This document shows, in pieces, positions 40,099 through 51,156 of a DNA stretch of 64,000 nt. The stretch is from TPA_inf: Saccharomyces (lineage: Eukaryota). A program made the translations under genes and the position numbers. Location of the stretch: positions 498,644-562,643 of the forward strand of contig BK006934.2 in NCBI GenBank assembly GCA_000146045.2, read 5' to 3'. The number at the start of each line of letters is the position of its first letter. Position 1 is the stretch's first letter. Below the pieces are notes generated by a model. The model made no database searches, was not told the DNA's origin, and was given only the letters and a program-made list of their open reading frames with translations.

Positions 40099-41280
40099 AT
40101 GCCTTATCACTATTTATTTTTGGCACTCTTCACCTACCTGGCCACGTCCAATGTTGTTTCAGGAAGTACACAAGCATGCCTGCCAGTGGGCCCGAGGAAA
40201 AATGGGATGAATGTCAACTTTTATAAATACTCATTACTGGATTCAACAACGTATTCCTACCCGCAATATATGACTTCTGGATATGCCTCGAATTGGAATT
40301 AGGTTCCGTTGGCGGACAGACGGATTTCTCAATTGACTACGATCTTTCTTGTGTTATCTCTTCAGGAACTTTTAAATGTGCTCAATCAGATGCTTATGGA
40401 AACTGGGGATGCAGAGGTCATAGTGAATGTTCAAAATAGCCAAGAAAGACCTATTGGAGTACTGATTTACTTGGTTTCTTACTATCCCAAAAAACGCTAC
40501 TCTAGAAATGACAGGTTACTTTTTACCACCACAAACAAGTTCTTACACGTTCAGGTTTGCTAAGGTCGATGACTCTGCAATTCTATCAGTCGGTGGTAAC
40601 GTTGCGTTCGAATGTTGTGCACAAGAACAACCTCCAATTACATCGACGGATTTTACAATCAATGGTATTAAGCCATGGCAAGGAAGTTTGCCTGATAACA
40701 TCGGAGGGACTGTCTACATGTATGCAGGCTACTATTATCCGCTGAAGGTTGTTTACTCCAATGCCGTTTCCTGGGGCACGCTTCCAATTAGCGTGGAATT
40801 GCCTGATGGTACTACTGTTAGTGATGACTTTGAAGGGTACGTTTACTCTTTTGACGATGATTTAAGTCAGTCAAATTGTACTATCCCTGATCCTTCAAAA
40901 CATACTACTAGCATCGTCACAACTACTACCGAACTGTGGACTGGTACTTTTACTTCTACATCTACTGAAATGACCACCGTCACCGGTACTAATGGTCAAC
41001 CAACTGACGAAACCGTTATTGTTGCCAAAGCTCCAACCACTGCCACCTCATCCAGTTTGTCATCATCTTCTTCAGAACAAATCACCAGCTCTATCACGTC
41101 TTAGCATCCAATTATTACTCCATTCTATCGCAGCAATGGAACTTCTGTAGTTTCTTCCTCAGTCATGTCTTCCTCGGTCATTTCTTCTTCTGCAACGACC
41201 TCCACTTCTACATTCTCTGAATCATCTAAATCATCCGTCATTCAAACCAGTAGTTCCACCTCTGGTTCTTCTGAGAGCGA
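40099..41280 (+). pseudogene. Flocculin pseudogene; the YHR213W-B (40099-40302) and YHR213W (40508-41104) fragments belong to one disrupted FLO-like gene
   Basis: A 67-codon piece MPYHYLFLALFTYLATSNVVSGSTQACLPVGPRKNGMNVNFYKYSL... ends at TAG. Homology then continues out of frame (40309-40563), and 40508-41104 encodes the PA14 remainder plus exactly one 45-aa repeat unit ([46 protein letters not shown]). A TAG interrupts the Ser-rich stalk at 41102, and similarity runs on to about 41280 before it is lost. Confidence 0.85.
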
Positions 41281-42600
41281 AACAATCTTAGTGATTGCTG
41301 GCATGTCATTAGCGACAAGACGCTTATTACCGTAGTAGCCCCCCAAGGCAAACATCTCTTTATCAGTAATATCCAAAGCTGTTCAACTTCTCGAATTGGC
41401 CCAGGAAAAGAGCATTGGGGCGGCAACTAACTCTGGCATACTTACAGTTTCTGCTCTTGACAGCGCTAAAAAAGGGCTTGTTTTGTAATGCCCGGTTCGC
41501 AATTCTACAAGTACCACGCACTAGCTGCTAAAAGTGTCTAACCTTGCGAACAACTCTGGACTTTCTTATGAGAATCCCATCGTCAAGAAACAAAATTATA
41601 CAGACAGGCGTAAATGTAGCTCGTAAGCGCCTGATCAAGTAAGCCAAATGCGCTAACTTGAGGAAATATAGCCATCTAAATCTCTGCAACATGCCAATTC
41701 GCACGTGACTTGAAACTATGGAAAGTGTCTAGAAGATTACCAAGAACCACGTTATTTGAGAGAGGATGGCAAGGTGACGACAATCACACCAAGACCACAT
41801 TTTGGGTGCGCCTGGAAGCAAGACCTGAGAAACTGGGCCAAAATATTCAAACCAAGCATAAGATAGTTGGAGGTAGGAATACACTATCTAATCTGTGCTG
41901 ATGAAATGCTGGCGAAAACGGGCGATGTAGTGGTACAGAAGGTGCCGGTTATCCGTTTGTCCGTTTTTCTTCATTTTTTTTTTGTTTTTCCCTTTTGTCT
42001 TTTGCACCGCTTATATATGGGTATGAAACAAGTTCAAGAATTTATAATGGAACCCAAAGGTTCAGTCTTTGTAGTTCGAGCGACATTGCGCGTTTCCTTA
42101 GAAAACGCTGGAAAGATATTCTTTAACGAGACGGAGTAATTCTCGTCAGGAATAGGATGTTGATTGATTTTTGCTGTAGTTATATAGCAGGGACCCACGG
42201 AAGAGAGCGAGCGCCTTCTTTCACAGGGACTTTTGTCAGCCACGTCTCCGCGGAAAACAATTGCCGTCCGCGTCGCAGTGAGATTACGCAGCCGTGCGCT
42301 TCAGGGACAGAAAAGAAGCATTTCGCGGCTACGGAGAAACAGTGCACTAACTCTCTCGAGGGTAGCCGCAAAGATTTCTTGTCTCTTCCATTAGGACATA
42401 GCTATCTTTTTCTTTTCTGTTTTTGGCGTATGATCTGTTCTGAGCCAAAGTTATAGAACATTGCTTGAATAAGCACCTCACAGAGTAGGGATTGTATAGA
42501 AAGTAGCTGAGCGTCTGCCCACGTAACAAACAATCTTGCCCCTTCCCCGCTCTTGTTTTCGCGTGCCTCTTCTACAATAATCTGGCCAGGCTAAATCGCG

Positions 42601-42645
42601 TTCTGCTGCTGCTGCTGCTATTGTTATTGTTGTTGTTGTTGTTTT
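42601..42645. repeat. Compound trinucleotide repeat (CTG)5 (TTG/TTA)n
   Basis: ctgctgctgctgctgctattgttattgttgttgttgttgtt, intergenic and about 360 bp upstream of YHR214W. Confidence 0.9.
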
Positions 42646-43007
42646 GGCCAATTGCTTATGTGTTGGTCTGCAAATTAGCACCTCGTTCCCTGTTGGCAAA
42701 CGCGCGCGTACAAGCCTTACAGGGCTTGAGAATGTTCTTCGTAGAAATGCATGCACAAAAATTTTGATCTAGCACACCATCGGTCTCTGTAGCTTCGGGC
42801 TCTATAGCTATGGGTTAGGAGTCCGTGAGTAGTAACAAGAAGAAGTATATAAAAAGCAGGTAAATCGTACTTCAATATGCTTCATTGTCACTGGATCGTC
42901 ATATTCACTCTTGTTCTCATAATAGCAGTCCAAGTTTTCATCTTTGCAAGCTTTACTATTTCTTTCTTTTTATTGGTAAACTCTCGCCCATTACAAAAAA
43001 AAAAGAG

Positions 43008-43619
43008 ATGTTCAATCGTTTTAACAAATTCCAAGCTGCTGTCGCTTTGGCCCTACTCTCTCGCGGCGCTCTCGGTGACTCTTACACCAATAGCACCTCC
43101 TCCGCAGACTTGAGTTCTATCACTTCCGTCTCGTCAGCTAGTGCAAGTGCCACCGCTTCCGACTCACTTTCTTCCAGTGACGGTACCGTTTATTTGCCAT
43201 CCACAACAATTAGCGGTGATCTCACAGTTACTGGTAAAGTAATTGCAACCGAGGCCGTGGAAGTCGCTGCCGGTGGTAAGTTGACTTTACTTGACGGTGA
43301 AAAATACGTCTTCTCATCTGATCTAAAAGTTCACGGTGATTTGGTTGTCGAAAAGTCTGAAGCAAGCTACGAAGGTACCGCCTTCGACGTTTCTGGTGAG
43401 ACTTTTGAAGTTTCCGGTAACTTCAGTGCTGAAGAAACTGGCGCTGTCTCCGCATCTATCTATTCATTCACACCTAGCTCGTTCAAGAGCAGCGGTGACA
43501 TTTCTTTGAGTTTGTCAAAGGCCAAGAAGGGTGAAGTCACCTTTTCTCCATACTCTAACGCTGGTACCTTTTCTTTGTCAAATGCTATTCTCAACGGTGG
43601 TTCTGTTTCCGGTTTGTAA
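43008..43619 (+). CDS. YHR214W, the N-terminal 203-aa product of a putative GPI cell-wall protein gene
   Basis: ATG at 43008, MFNRFNKFQAAVALALLSRGALG signal peptide, a Ser-rich region, then TAA at 43617. Confidence 0.75.
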   Translation: MFNRFNKFQAAVALALLSRGALGDSYTNSTSSADLSSITSVSSASASATASDSLSSSDGTVYLPSTTISGDLTVTGKVIATEAVEVAAGGKLTLLDGEKYVFSSDLKVHGDLVVEKSEASYEGTAFDVSGETFEVSGNFSAEETGAVSASIYSFTPSSFKSSGDISLSLSKAKKGEVTFSPYSNAGTFSLSNAILNGGSVSGL

Positions 43620-44903
43620 CGTAGAGACGACGATGAAGGCTCTGTAAATAACGGTGAAATCAACCTAGACAATGGAAGTACCTATGTTATCGTTGAACCA
43701 GTTTCTGGAAACGGTACAATCAACATCGTCTCTGGTAACCTATACTTGCACTACCCTGACACCTTTACTGGCCAAACTGTTGTATTCAAGGGTGAAGGTG
43801 TTCTTGCCGTTGACCCAACCGAAACCAACGCCACTCCTATTCCTGTTGTTGGCTACACCGGTAAGAACCAAATTGCCATTACCGCTGACATCACTGCTCT
43901 TTCTTACGACGGTACTACTGGTGTCTTAACTGCAACCCAAGGTAACAGACAATTCTCTTTTGAAATTGGTACTGGATTCTCTAGTTCTGGCTTCAGTGTC
44001 TCCGAAGGAATCTTCGCAGGCGCCTACTCATATTACCTAAACTATGACGGTGTCATCGCTACAAGCGCCGCATCCACATCCGCATCCACTACCTCTGGTG
44101 TTGTCTCTACTGCCACTGGTTCAGTCACTTTATCCTCTAACGCTTCTACCACCGTCTCTTCTACGATCTCTTCTAGCGCCCCAGACTCAATAATTCCTTC
44201 ATCTAGCGCCTCCATCTCTGGTGTCTCAAACTCCACTACAGCATCTGGTTCAATCGCTTCTACTGCTTCCACCGCTTCCACTACTTCTACTGCATCCGCT
44301 GCATCCGCCACCAGCTTCACCTCAGGTTCCGCTTCTGTCTACACTACTACATTAACTTACTTGAATGCCACAAGTACAGTCGTGGTTTCCTGTTCAGAAA
44401 CAACCGACGCTAGCGGTAACATTTACACCATTACCACAACTGTCCCATGCTCATCTACCACTGCCACCATCACATCTTGTGACGAAAACGGATGCCATGT
44501 TCCAGCACCAACTGCTACCGACGCAACTGCAACCGTTTCCTCCAAATCATACACCACTGTTACTGTTACTCACTGTGACAACAATGGCTGTAACACCAAG
44601 ACTGTCACTTCTGAATGTTCTAAAGAAACTGCAGCAACCACCATTTCTCCAAAATCATACACTACTGTTACCGTTACTCACTGTGACGACAACGGCTGTA
44701 ACACCAAGACTGTCACTTCCGAGGCTTCCAAACAAACATCATTGGCCACTAGCACAGTCACCAAGTCTGCTGCTCCAACTTCTCATACTGCTGCTTCCAG
44801 CACCTTCACTGGTATTGTCGTTCAATCCGAAGGTATGGCTGCTGGTTTGAGAACCAATGCTTTAAGTACTTTGGCAGGTATTTTCATCCTTGCTTTTTTT
44901 TAA
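43008..44903 (+). pseudogene. Nonsense-interrupted secreted GPI-anchored Ser/Thr-rich cell-wall protein gene; one 631-codon frame with a single internal TAA at 43617-43619
   Basis: The 385-codon open frame at 43746-44903 is in the same frame as YHR214W, and the frame stays open from 43620. It encodes a Ser/Thr-rich stalk, two Cys repeats ([25 protein letters not shown] / [25 protein letters not shown]) and a C-terminal hydrophobic GPI-type signal ([23 protein letters not shown]). The YHR214W-A-like ORF at 44365-44850 lies in another frame and looks spurious. Confidence 0.6.
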
Positions 44904-44966
44904 AATGAGTGCGTAACCGTACTTTCCTAAAAATAACTAAGTAGAAAGTATTTTAATATATAAACG

Positions 44967-45298
44967 TGAGATATATGTGGGTAATTAGATAATTGTTGGG
45001 ATTCCATTGTTGATAAAGGCTATAATATTAGGTATACAGAATATACTAGAAGTTCTCCTCGAGGATATAGGAATCCTCAAAATGGAATCTATATTTCTAC
45101 ATACTAATATTACGATTATTCCTCATTCCGTTTTATATGTTTCATTATCCTATTACATTATCAATCCTTGCACTTCAGCTTCCTCTAACCTCGATGACAG
45201 CTTCTCATAACTTATGTCATCATCTTAACACCGTATATGATAATATATTGATAATATAACTATTAGTTGATAGACGATAGTGGATTTTTATTCCAACA
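44967..45298 (-). repeat. Ty1 3' LTR (delta)
   Basis: Near-identical to 50663-50994; the complement of TGAGATA...TGTTGGAATA. Confidence 0.9.
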
Positions 45299-45320
45299 TA
45301 CCACCCATAATGTAATAGAT

Positions 45321-48300
45321 CTAATGAATCCATTTGTTTGTTAATAGTTTGAATGTTTTTATCGGAAGAGGTTTGGTCATTACGTCTGCAATATTCTTTT
45401 TGGTTTCGATATAGCATACGTGCAGATGATTTCCTGATACTTCATCTCTTAGTCTCATTGCTTTAGTACCAAAAAATCTGTTTCTAAATTTCTCTTCATT
45501 ATTGGATATAATTATACTGATTGTAGATTTACTGTCGGTTAGTAATCCTTTAGTAATTGGTTTCTTGTTAAGTTCTTGCACAAGGTGACTGAGGTTATTT
45601 AATAATGGGACAGATTCACTTATCGCGTGTATTTCTGCTTCCGTAGTTGAAGTACATGTTAATGAAGCCTTGGTGGACTTTCCTCCAATTACCTTTCCAT
45701 TAAGTAAATATATGTTGCCAATTTGTGACTTGTAATATGGTTGGTTACCATATGAAGCATCACTTATTGCGACTAGTTTATTATCTGGCTCGGTAGGTTT
45801 GTTTTTGTGCCATATCAGTTGTTTATCTCTAGTGTCCCACATGAATTGTATTAACTCATATGTCATGTCTAAAACTTGCCTAGAGGGGAATAGTATATGT
45901 TGAGCAAGTGTGTTGATGTAGTATAGTAAGTCAAATCTAAATTTATATCCAACATATGAAGCTAGACCAATCAACTTTTGCATTTCATGTACCTTCTCTT
46001 TGTATTCATCTTCATCTATTTCTAGTTCATCCTGGTCTATATAAAGACCTGGTTGACCTGGAGCGCTAAGTTTTCTTCCTTTTGGATTCAAAGGTACGTT
46101 TAATTTGGGTATTTTCTCAGTTAATGAGTTTTCCATACCTAATTTCATGTATTTACCTCTTTGATATTTGATTTCTAAGCCAAGTATGTCGTACTGAATT
46201 TCGTTATCACTTTCACCCAGATTTATTATCTTTGTATCGTATTGTTTCTTGAGTGTTGTTATGATTTTCTTATTTGCATTTAAGTCTTTGCTGAACAATA
46301 TCATATCATCAACGAATAAGCAAATTGTTACTTGACTATTCTTAAATACGCATGACCATCCACGAACTTCTTCCATACCACACTGTTTTATCAGGTATGA
46401 TTTGATAGTTTCGTACCAGTTCGCTCCACTTTGTTTCAATCCATAAAGTGATTTCTTCAAACGTATCAACTTATCATTCATTCCTAAATGTGGTGGAGGT
46501 CTTATGTATAGTTCTTCTTTGATGTCTGCATACAAATATGCCGAAGATATGTCTAATTGTGTAATATAGTAGTTATTGTCTAATGCAAGTGACAGGGATG
46601 TCATTAATGCATAGTGATGTACGGTATTGGATTGCATGCCTGGGTCGTAAGTGTCAGGATGTTGAATATCACCTCTTGCAACAAATCTAGCTTTATGAGT
46701 ACCGTCACGTTTCCTGTTAAAGATAAACATTGAATTTATTACTCTTTTGGGGTCTATTTCTTTTCTGTCATAATATCTGTCAGTGTCCCAAGTTTTCATC
46801 ATCAACAGTTGATTGACTTCTTTGTGGTATGCCTGGATATATTTTTCTTTTTCTTTAATATCTTTATTATAGGTGATTGCCTCATCGTATCGTAAGGTTG
46901 TTCGTATTGGTTTGATTGATTTTACTGCTTTTACAGCTGCAATCAGGTGAATTCGTTTCTTCGATCTCGGAGGTTCTAAACTACGCATATTCTTAGTATT
47001 CCATGTGTCTCGTGATACCTTAATTTCAGTTTCATTATCTTCTAATGATCTTTTCTTACTGTTGATAGTAGTATAGGCATTAGAGTCACCAATACCACCC
47101 AAACTGGAATTAGTTTGATGAGAATTTATCGGTGGGAGTTCTTTAAAGGAGTCTGATAATTCGGTAGGAGGTTCTGGAGGCAGATCGGGGAGTGGAAGAT
47201 CAGCGATAATAGATTCCTCTGTATTCTCCTTAGGACAGGTATCTGACGTTTTGATAGGAACGACGTGGTGTAGTGAATTACTTTCTGATGAGGAAGTATC
47301 GATCGAAGGTGAACGGTGTATGATCCTTTTCTCAGTCTCCTGTTCGCTTGTCTGCGGAACAGTTTTATTATTGGTACCACCCGTACTGGATATTGGTACG
47401 TTTGTATGATTAGTCTCATTGTCACTGTACGAGTCTGAGTGTCTGAAATCTTTAGATTTACTGGCGTGCGACGACTCATGTGTGTTAGATTGGGACATGG
47501 GAGCAAGTAAAGGAACATCTAATCTATGCATACCACCCGAACCGGTACTCTCGATATCGGAAATTTGGGGGGTGCTAGATCTCTTCTTAGATGGAAGAAT
47601 ATTAGATTCAGATATGTTGGGGTCAACTTCTCTGGGTGCGCGAATATTGGTTTTGGAAACACGTTTCGAATCTTCAGTATGAGTTGACGGAGGTGTGGAA
47701 TCGGTTGGACTCACAGCTTTTGAAAGGACATTTCTCAGTTGCTCAGGATGTAGTTCAATGTCAGATTGGAAGTCATGGTCAGATTCTATGTTAAGATCAT
47801 TGGATTGTTGGATCTCATTTGACGCAATGAACGAATGATATGAAGCAGTTAAACGGTTTAAGTCTTCATCGAAAGTGAGTGCGTCGTAATTGAATTGATC
47901 TAATCTGGATTCCTTGCCCTGAAGAATAACATAGTTAGTTGTATCTACTGTCTTCTTTAAGGACGGAAGATAGATGATATATCCATAAGAGTTTCGAGAC
48001 GGATGTAGAGCGTAGCCTGGGATGCCACGAGGATGTATTTTGGAGTTAGGGTTGTGATCATTGACGATAACAGGTTGACCGAAAGGTAACAAAGTACTGA
48101 TATCAAGTCCTGCCAAGCCAGCATGTTGTCTTGCAGATTTTTTGCTTTTAGGTGAAGCTAGTGAATTTCTCACAATAGTAGAAAATTCGATTGCAGAGAA
48201 CCATAAATGGTTCGGTAAACCACTACATTGCAGTTGAGTACGGCAGTCATCTAATAAGGTACGGTTGAGCCGTTCAGCGACTCCATGTGCTCGGGAATCC

Positions 48301-50703
48301 GCTGTGGTTGTATAGCATGGAGTTATACCATTTTTTTCAAGGAATTTATGGAGAGTTCTGTTAGTATACTCAGAACCACGGTCCATTTGTATAACCAAGA
48401 CACTGGCCTGAAACTGGTTTTTAATAAAAGCTAGTATCGTAGTAAAAACATCGAGGATAGAGTCCTCGCGACGGTCGTGTAATGGATAAACCCAACGGAA
48501 TTTTGTTGTCTCATCAGTAAATGAGATGAAATAGGATGGTGCACTTTTTGGTAGGTTGTGAACTGGACCAAATATGTCAGTATGTAGGTATTGAAAGGGT
48601 TCGTATGAATTTTGGTATTTTAGTCGTGAACCTTTGATATGTCTGTGTTTGGTGCTTTTGCCGATTAAACAATCAGGACATTGATAGTCAATAGCACTAG
48701 ACCAGTCGACATCTGATTCGTTAAAATACGTGATGGTGTTATTTTTAAGTGAGTATCGAATTGTCTGTGCATTGGCATGCGCAAGCATTCGATGAATGAA
48801 AGGATAAGGATATTTGCGTGTACTTTCACTTGTATGGACATTATTGATGGTGGGTACGGAGATATTTGATGGAAGCAAGTACTTTTTAGATACCCAGTAA
48901 AAGTCTCCATATTTTACGATAGGTGCAAGTACAGTGCCGTCAGACCGTTCTAAGACGTTTTTGGTAAAGCATGCTGTGATATCTACTGCAGCCAATTCAT
49001 TCAAACTGAGTAAGTCATAGGCTATGTTAGGAGTGTGCAATACCTTTATTGATGTTTTGGTGTTGTCCTGGAAGTGAAATTGTAGGTCACCAATAGCGTT
49101 AATTGGTATATTTCTTTTTTGAGCATCAACTACGTTTATGTCAGGATTAGATGATGCTGAGTGTATGTGATGAGCAGATCTTATAAGGGTTCGTGATGCT
49201 CCTGAATCGAGAAGGAGGTGTCCAGGGAGTTCATCATCAGAATGATTAGTATGATTTACTGTAGATTCAGTAAGTTTCTGGCCTAAGATGAAGGTCGTGC
49301 TTATTGTTCAATTGAATCGGTTCAGTAGTTGATTTACTGATGGAATCGTTGTCCGTGCTGGGAGAGTTATTAGATGTGGATACATTGTGAGCCCTGGCTG
49401 TTTTCGATTTCGAATTATTTGTTTTTTGAGGATTCCGAGCTATAACTTTGGGTTTGGTTGTATTCGTATAGCTGCGAGAATCATTCTTCTCATCACTCGG
49501 ATTTCTCCTGTAATTAGGTTTGCTGTTTCTCGATCCCTGTTGTTCTTCATAAATAGCATGGATATCTAAGAACAGTTCAGCGACTGTCATATTTAGATGT
49601 CGATGACGTGTGTAGCGTAAAAATTTATATTCGCCAGATAGACCTCTCATAATTAATTGGCATGCGACCTTGTTATTGATATGAATGCCATTATTGTTCA
49701 GTCTGTCGATAATGTTTGTGACTTTTGTTTCAAATGCATCTGCAGGTGTACTGCCATTATATTGCAAATTTGCCAGGGTCACAATGTCGTTTGCCTCTTG
49801 GGTATCAGATTGCATTTTTTCAATACTTTTGGAAAGAATTTTCATGATATCCGTATAATCAACGGATAGGATGTCTTTGACCCAGGTAGGTAGGAATTGA
49901 GAGGGAGCAAATATTTGAAAAGTGTTATACAAGAAGGTGAGTTCATCATCAGTGATCTGACGTACGGGTTTTCCGTTTACTGTCGGAATAATACCACCGA
50001 GATTCGAGTTTTGTAAAAATTTGATGTATGTTTTAACCCAATTTGGAAAGTCATTAGGTGAGGTTAACATTGGTGGTACGGGTTTTCCGTTTACTGTCGG
50101 AATAATACCACCGAGATTCGAGTTTTGTAAAAATTTGATGTATGTTTTAACCCAATTTGGAAAGTCATTAGGTGAGGTTAACATTGGTGGTGGTCTGACA
50201 TATTTTTTAGTGGATGTCATATCAGAGTCCGCTGAGGATGAATCAGTAAATGTATTACCTGACTCAGGTGATGGAGTGCTCAGAGGCGTTCCAACTGATG
50301 ATGGATACTGCGGAAACTGTGATTGTGGCCCAGGTGGAAAGTACATAGGCGACATTTGATAAGGTGTATACGGAATCATAGATGGGTGTCCGTAAAATGA
50401 CCAACCAGATGGATTGGCTTGGTTTTGGGTCATCATGCACTGCTGTGGGTACGGCCCATTCTGTGGAGGTGGTACTGAAGCAGGTTGAGGAGAGGCATGA
50501 TGGAGGTTCTCTGGAACAGCTGATGAAGCAGGTGTTGTTGTCTGTTGAGAGTTAGCCTTAGTGGAAGCCTTATCATATTCTTGAATTTTGGAAGCTGAAA
50601 CGTCTAACGGATCTTGATTTGTGTGGACTTCCTTAGAAGTAACCGAAGCACAGGCGCTACCATGAGATATATGTGGGTAATTAGATAATTGTTGGGATTC
50701 CAT
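45321..50703 (-). CDS. Ty1 TYA-TYB Gag-Pol (protease, integrase, reverse transcriptase/RNase H) via a +1 ribosomal frameshift
   Basis: The CTTAGGC frameshift heptamer is the complement of 49281-49287. The TYB frame is open to 45321 and ends ...[18 protein letters not shown]. Integrase DD35E and RT YVDD motifs are present ([10 protein letters not shown]). Confidence 0.88.
49267..50703 (-). CDS. Ty1 TYA (Gag), 478 aa
   Basis: [26 protein letters not shown]... The usual product is 440 aa; this copy carries a 38-aa internal tandem duplication. Confidence 0.9.
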   Translation of the reverse strand: MESQQLSNYPHISHGSACASVTSKEVHTNQDPLDVSASKIQEYDKASTKANSQQTTTPASSAVPENLHHASPQPASVPPPQNGPYPQQCMMTQNQANPSGWSFYGHPSMIPYTPYQMSPMYFPPGPQSQFPQYPSSVGTPLSTPSPESGNTFTDSSSADSDMTSTKKYVRPPPMLTSPNDFPNWVKTYIKFLQNSNLGGIIPTVNGKPVPPMLTSPNDFPNWVKTYIKFLQNSNLGGIIPTVNGKPVRQITDDELTFLYNTFQIFAPSQFLPTWVKDILSVDYTDIMKILSKSIEKMQSDTQEANDIVTLANLQYNGSTPADAFETKVTNIIDRLNNNGIHINNKVACQLIMRGLSGEYKFLRYTRHRHLNMTVAELFLDIHAIYEEQQGSRNSKPNYRRNPSDEKNDSRSYTNTTKPKVIARNPQKTNNSKSKTARAHNVSTSNNSPSTDNDSISKSTTEPIQLNNKHDLHLRPETY

Positions 50704-50994
50704 TGTTGATAAAGGCTATAATATTAGATATACAGAATATACTAGAAGTTCTCCTCGAGGATATAGGAATCCTCAAAATGGAATCTATATTTCTACATAC
50801 TAATATTACGATTATTCCTCATTCCGTTTTATATGTTTCATTATCCTATTACATTATCAATCCTTGCACTTCAGCTTCCTCTAACCTCGATGACAGCTTC
50901 TCATAACTTATGTCATCATCTTAACACCGTATATGATAATATATTGATAATATAACTATTAGTTGATAGACGATAGTGGATTTTTATTCCAACA
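50663..50994 (-). repeat. Ty1 5' LTR (delta); contains the TYA start codon, the complement of 50701-50703
   Basis: The same sequence as the 3' LTR, followed internally by the primer-binding site. Confidence 0.9.
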
Positions 50995-51116
50995 AAACGT
51001 CAGTGTAAACATTCAAGTGATTTTAACTTTACGCGGTTGAAGAATGCTGTGTTCGAACTATAAAGCGTCAGAAAAGATGGTTTAGCGAAGGCACCATTAT
51101 GAAGATAGACACATTC

Positions 51117-51117
51117 T

Positions 51118-51156
<39 letters not shown>
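51117..51156. repeat. Poly(dT) tract of 40 nt
   Basis: An uninterrupted T run about 120 bp outside the Ty1 5' LTR. Confidence 0.95.

Larger units (their letters stand above)
44967..50994 (-). mobile_element. Full-length Ty1 LTR retrotransposon (YHRCTy1-1), about 6.03 kb
   Basis: 332-bp LTRs at 44967-45298 and 50663-50994 with TGTTGG...TCTCA termini. An AAACG 5-bp target-site duplication sits at 44962-44966 and 50995-50999. The tRNAiMet primer-binding site TGGTAGCGCC is the complement of 50653-50662. The polypurine tract GGGTGGTA is the complement of 45299-45306. Intact TYA and TYB. Confidence 0.93.

Noticed and set aside
45007-45210. The 67-aa ORFs inside both Ty1 LTRs (45007-45210 and 50703-50906), and the small ORFs 8455-8772, 12789-13202 and 4569-4859 antisense to MNL1, SCH9 and YHR202W.
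   Set aside because: They are short and overlap well-supported features with no conservation signal. The two in the LTRs are identical only because the LTRs are identical.
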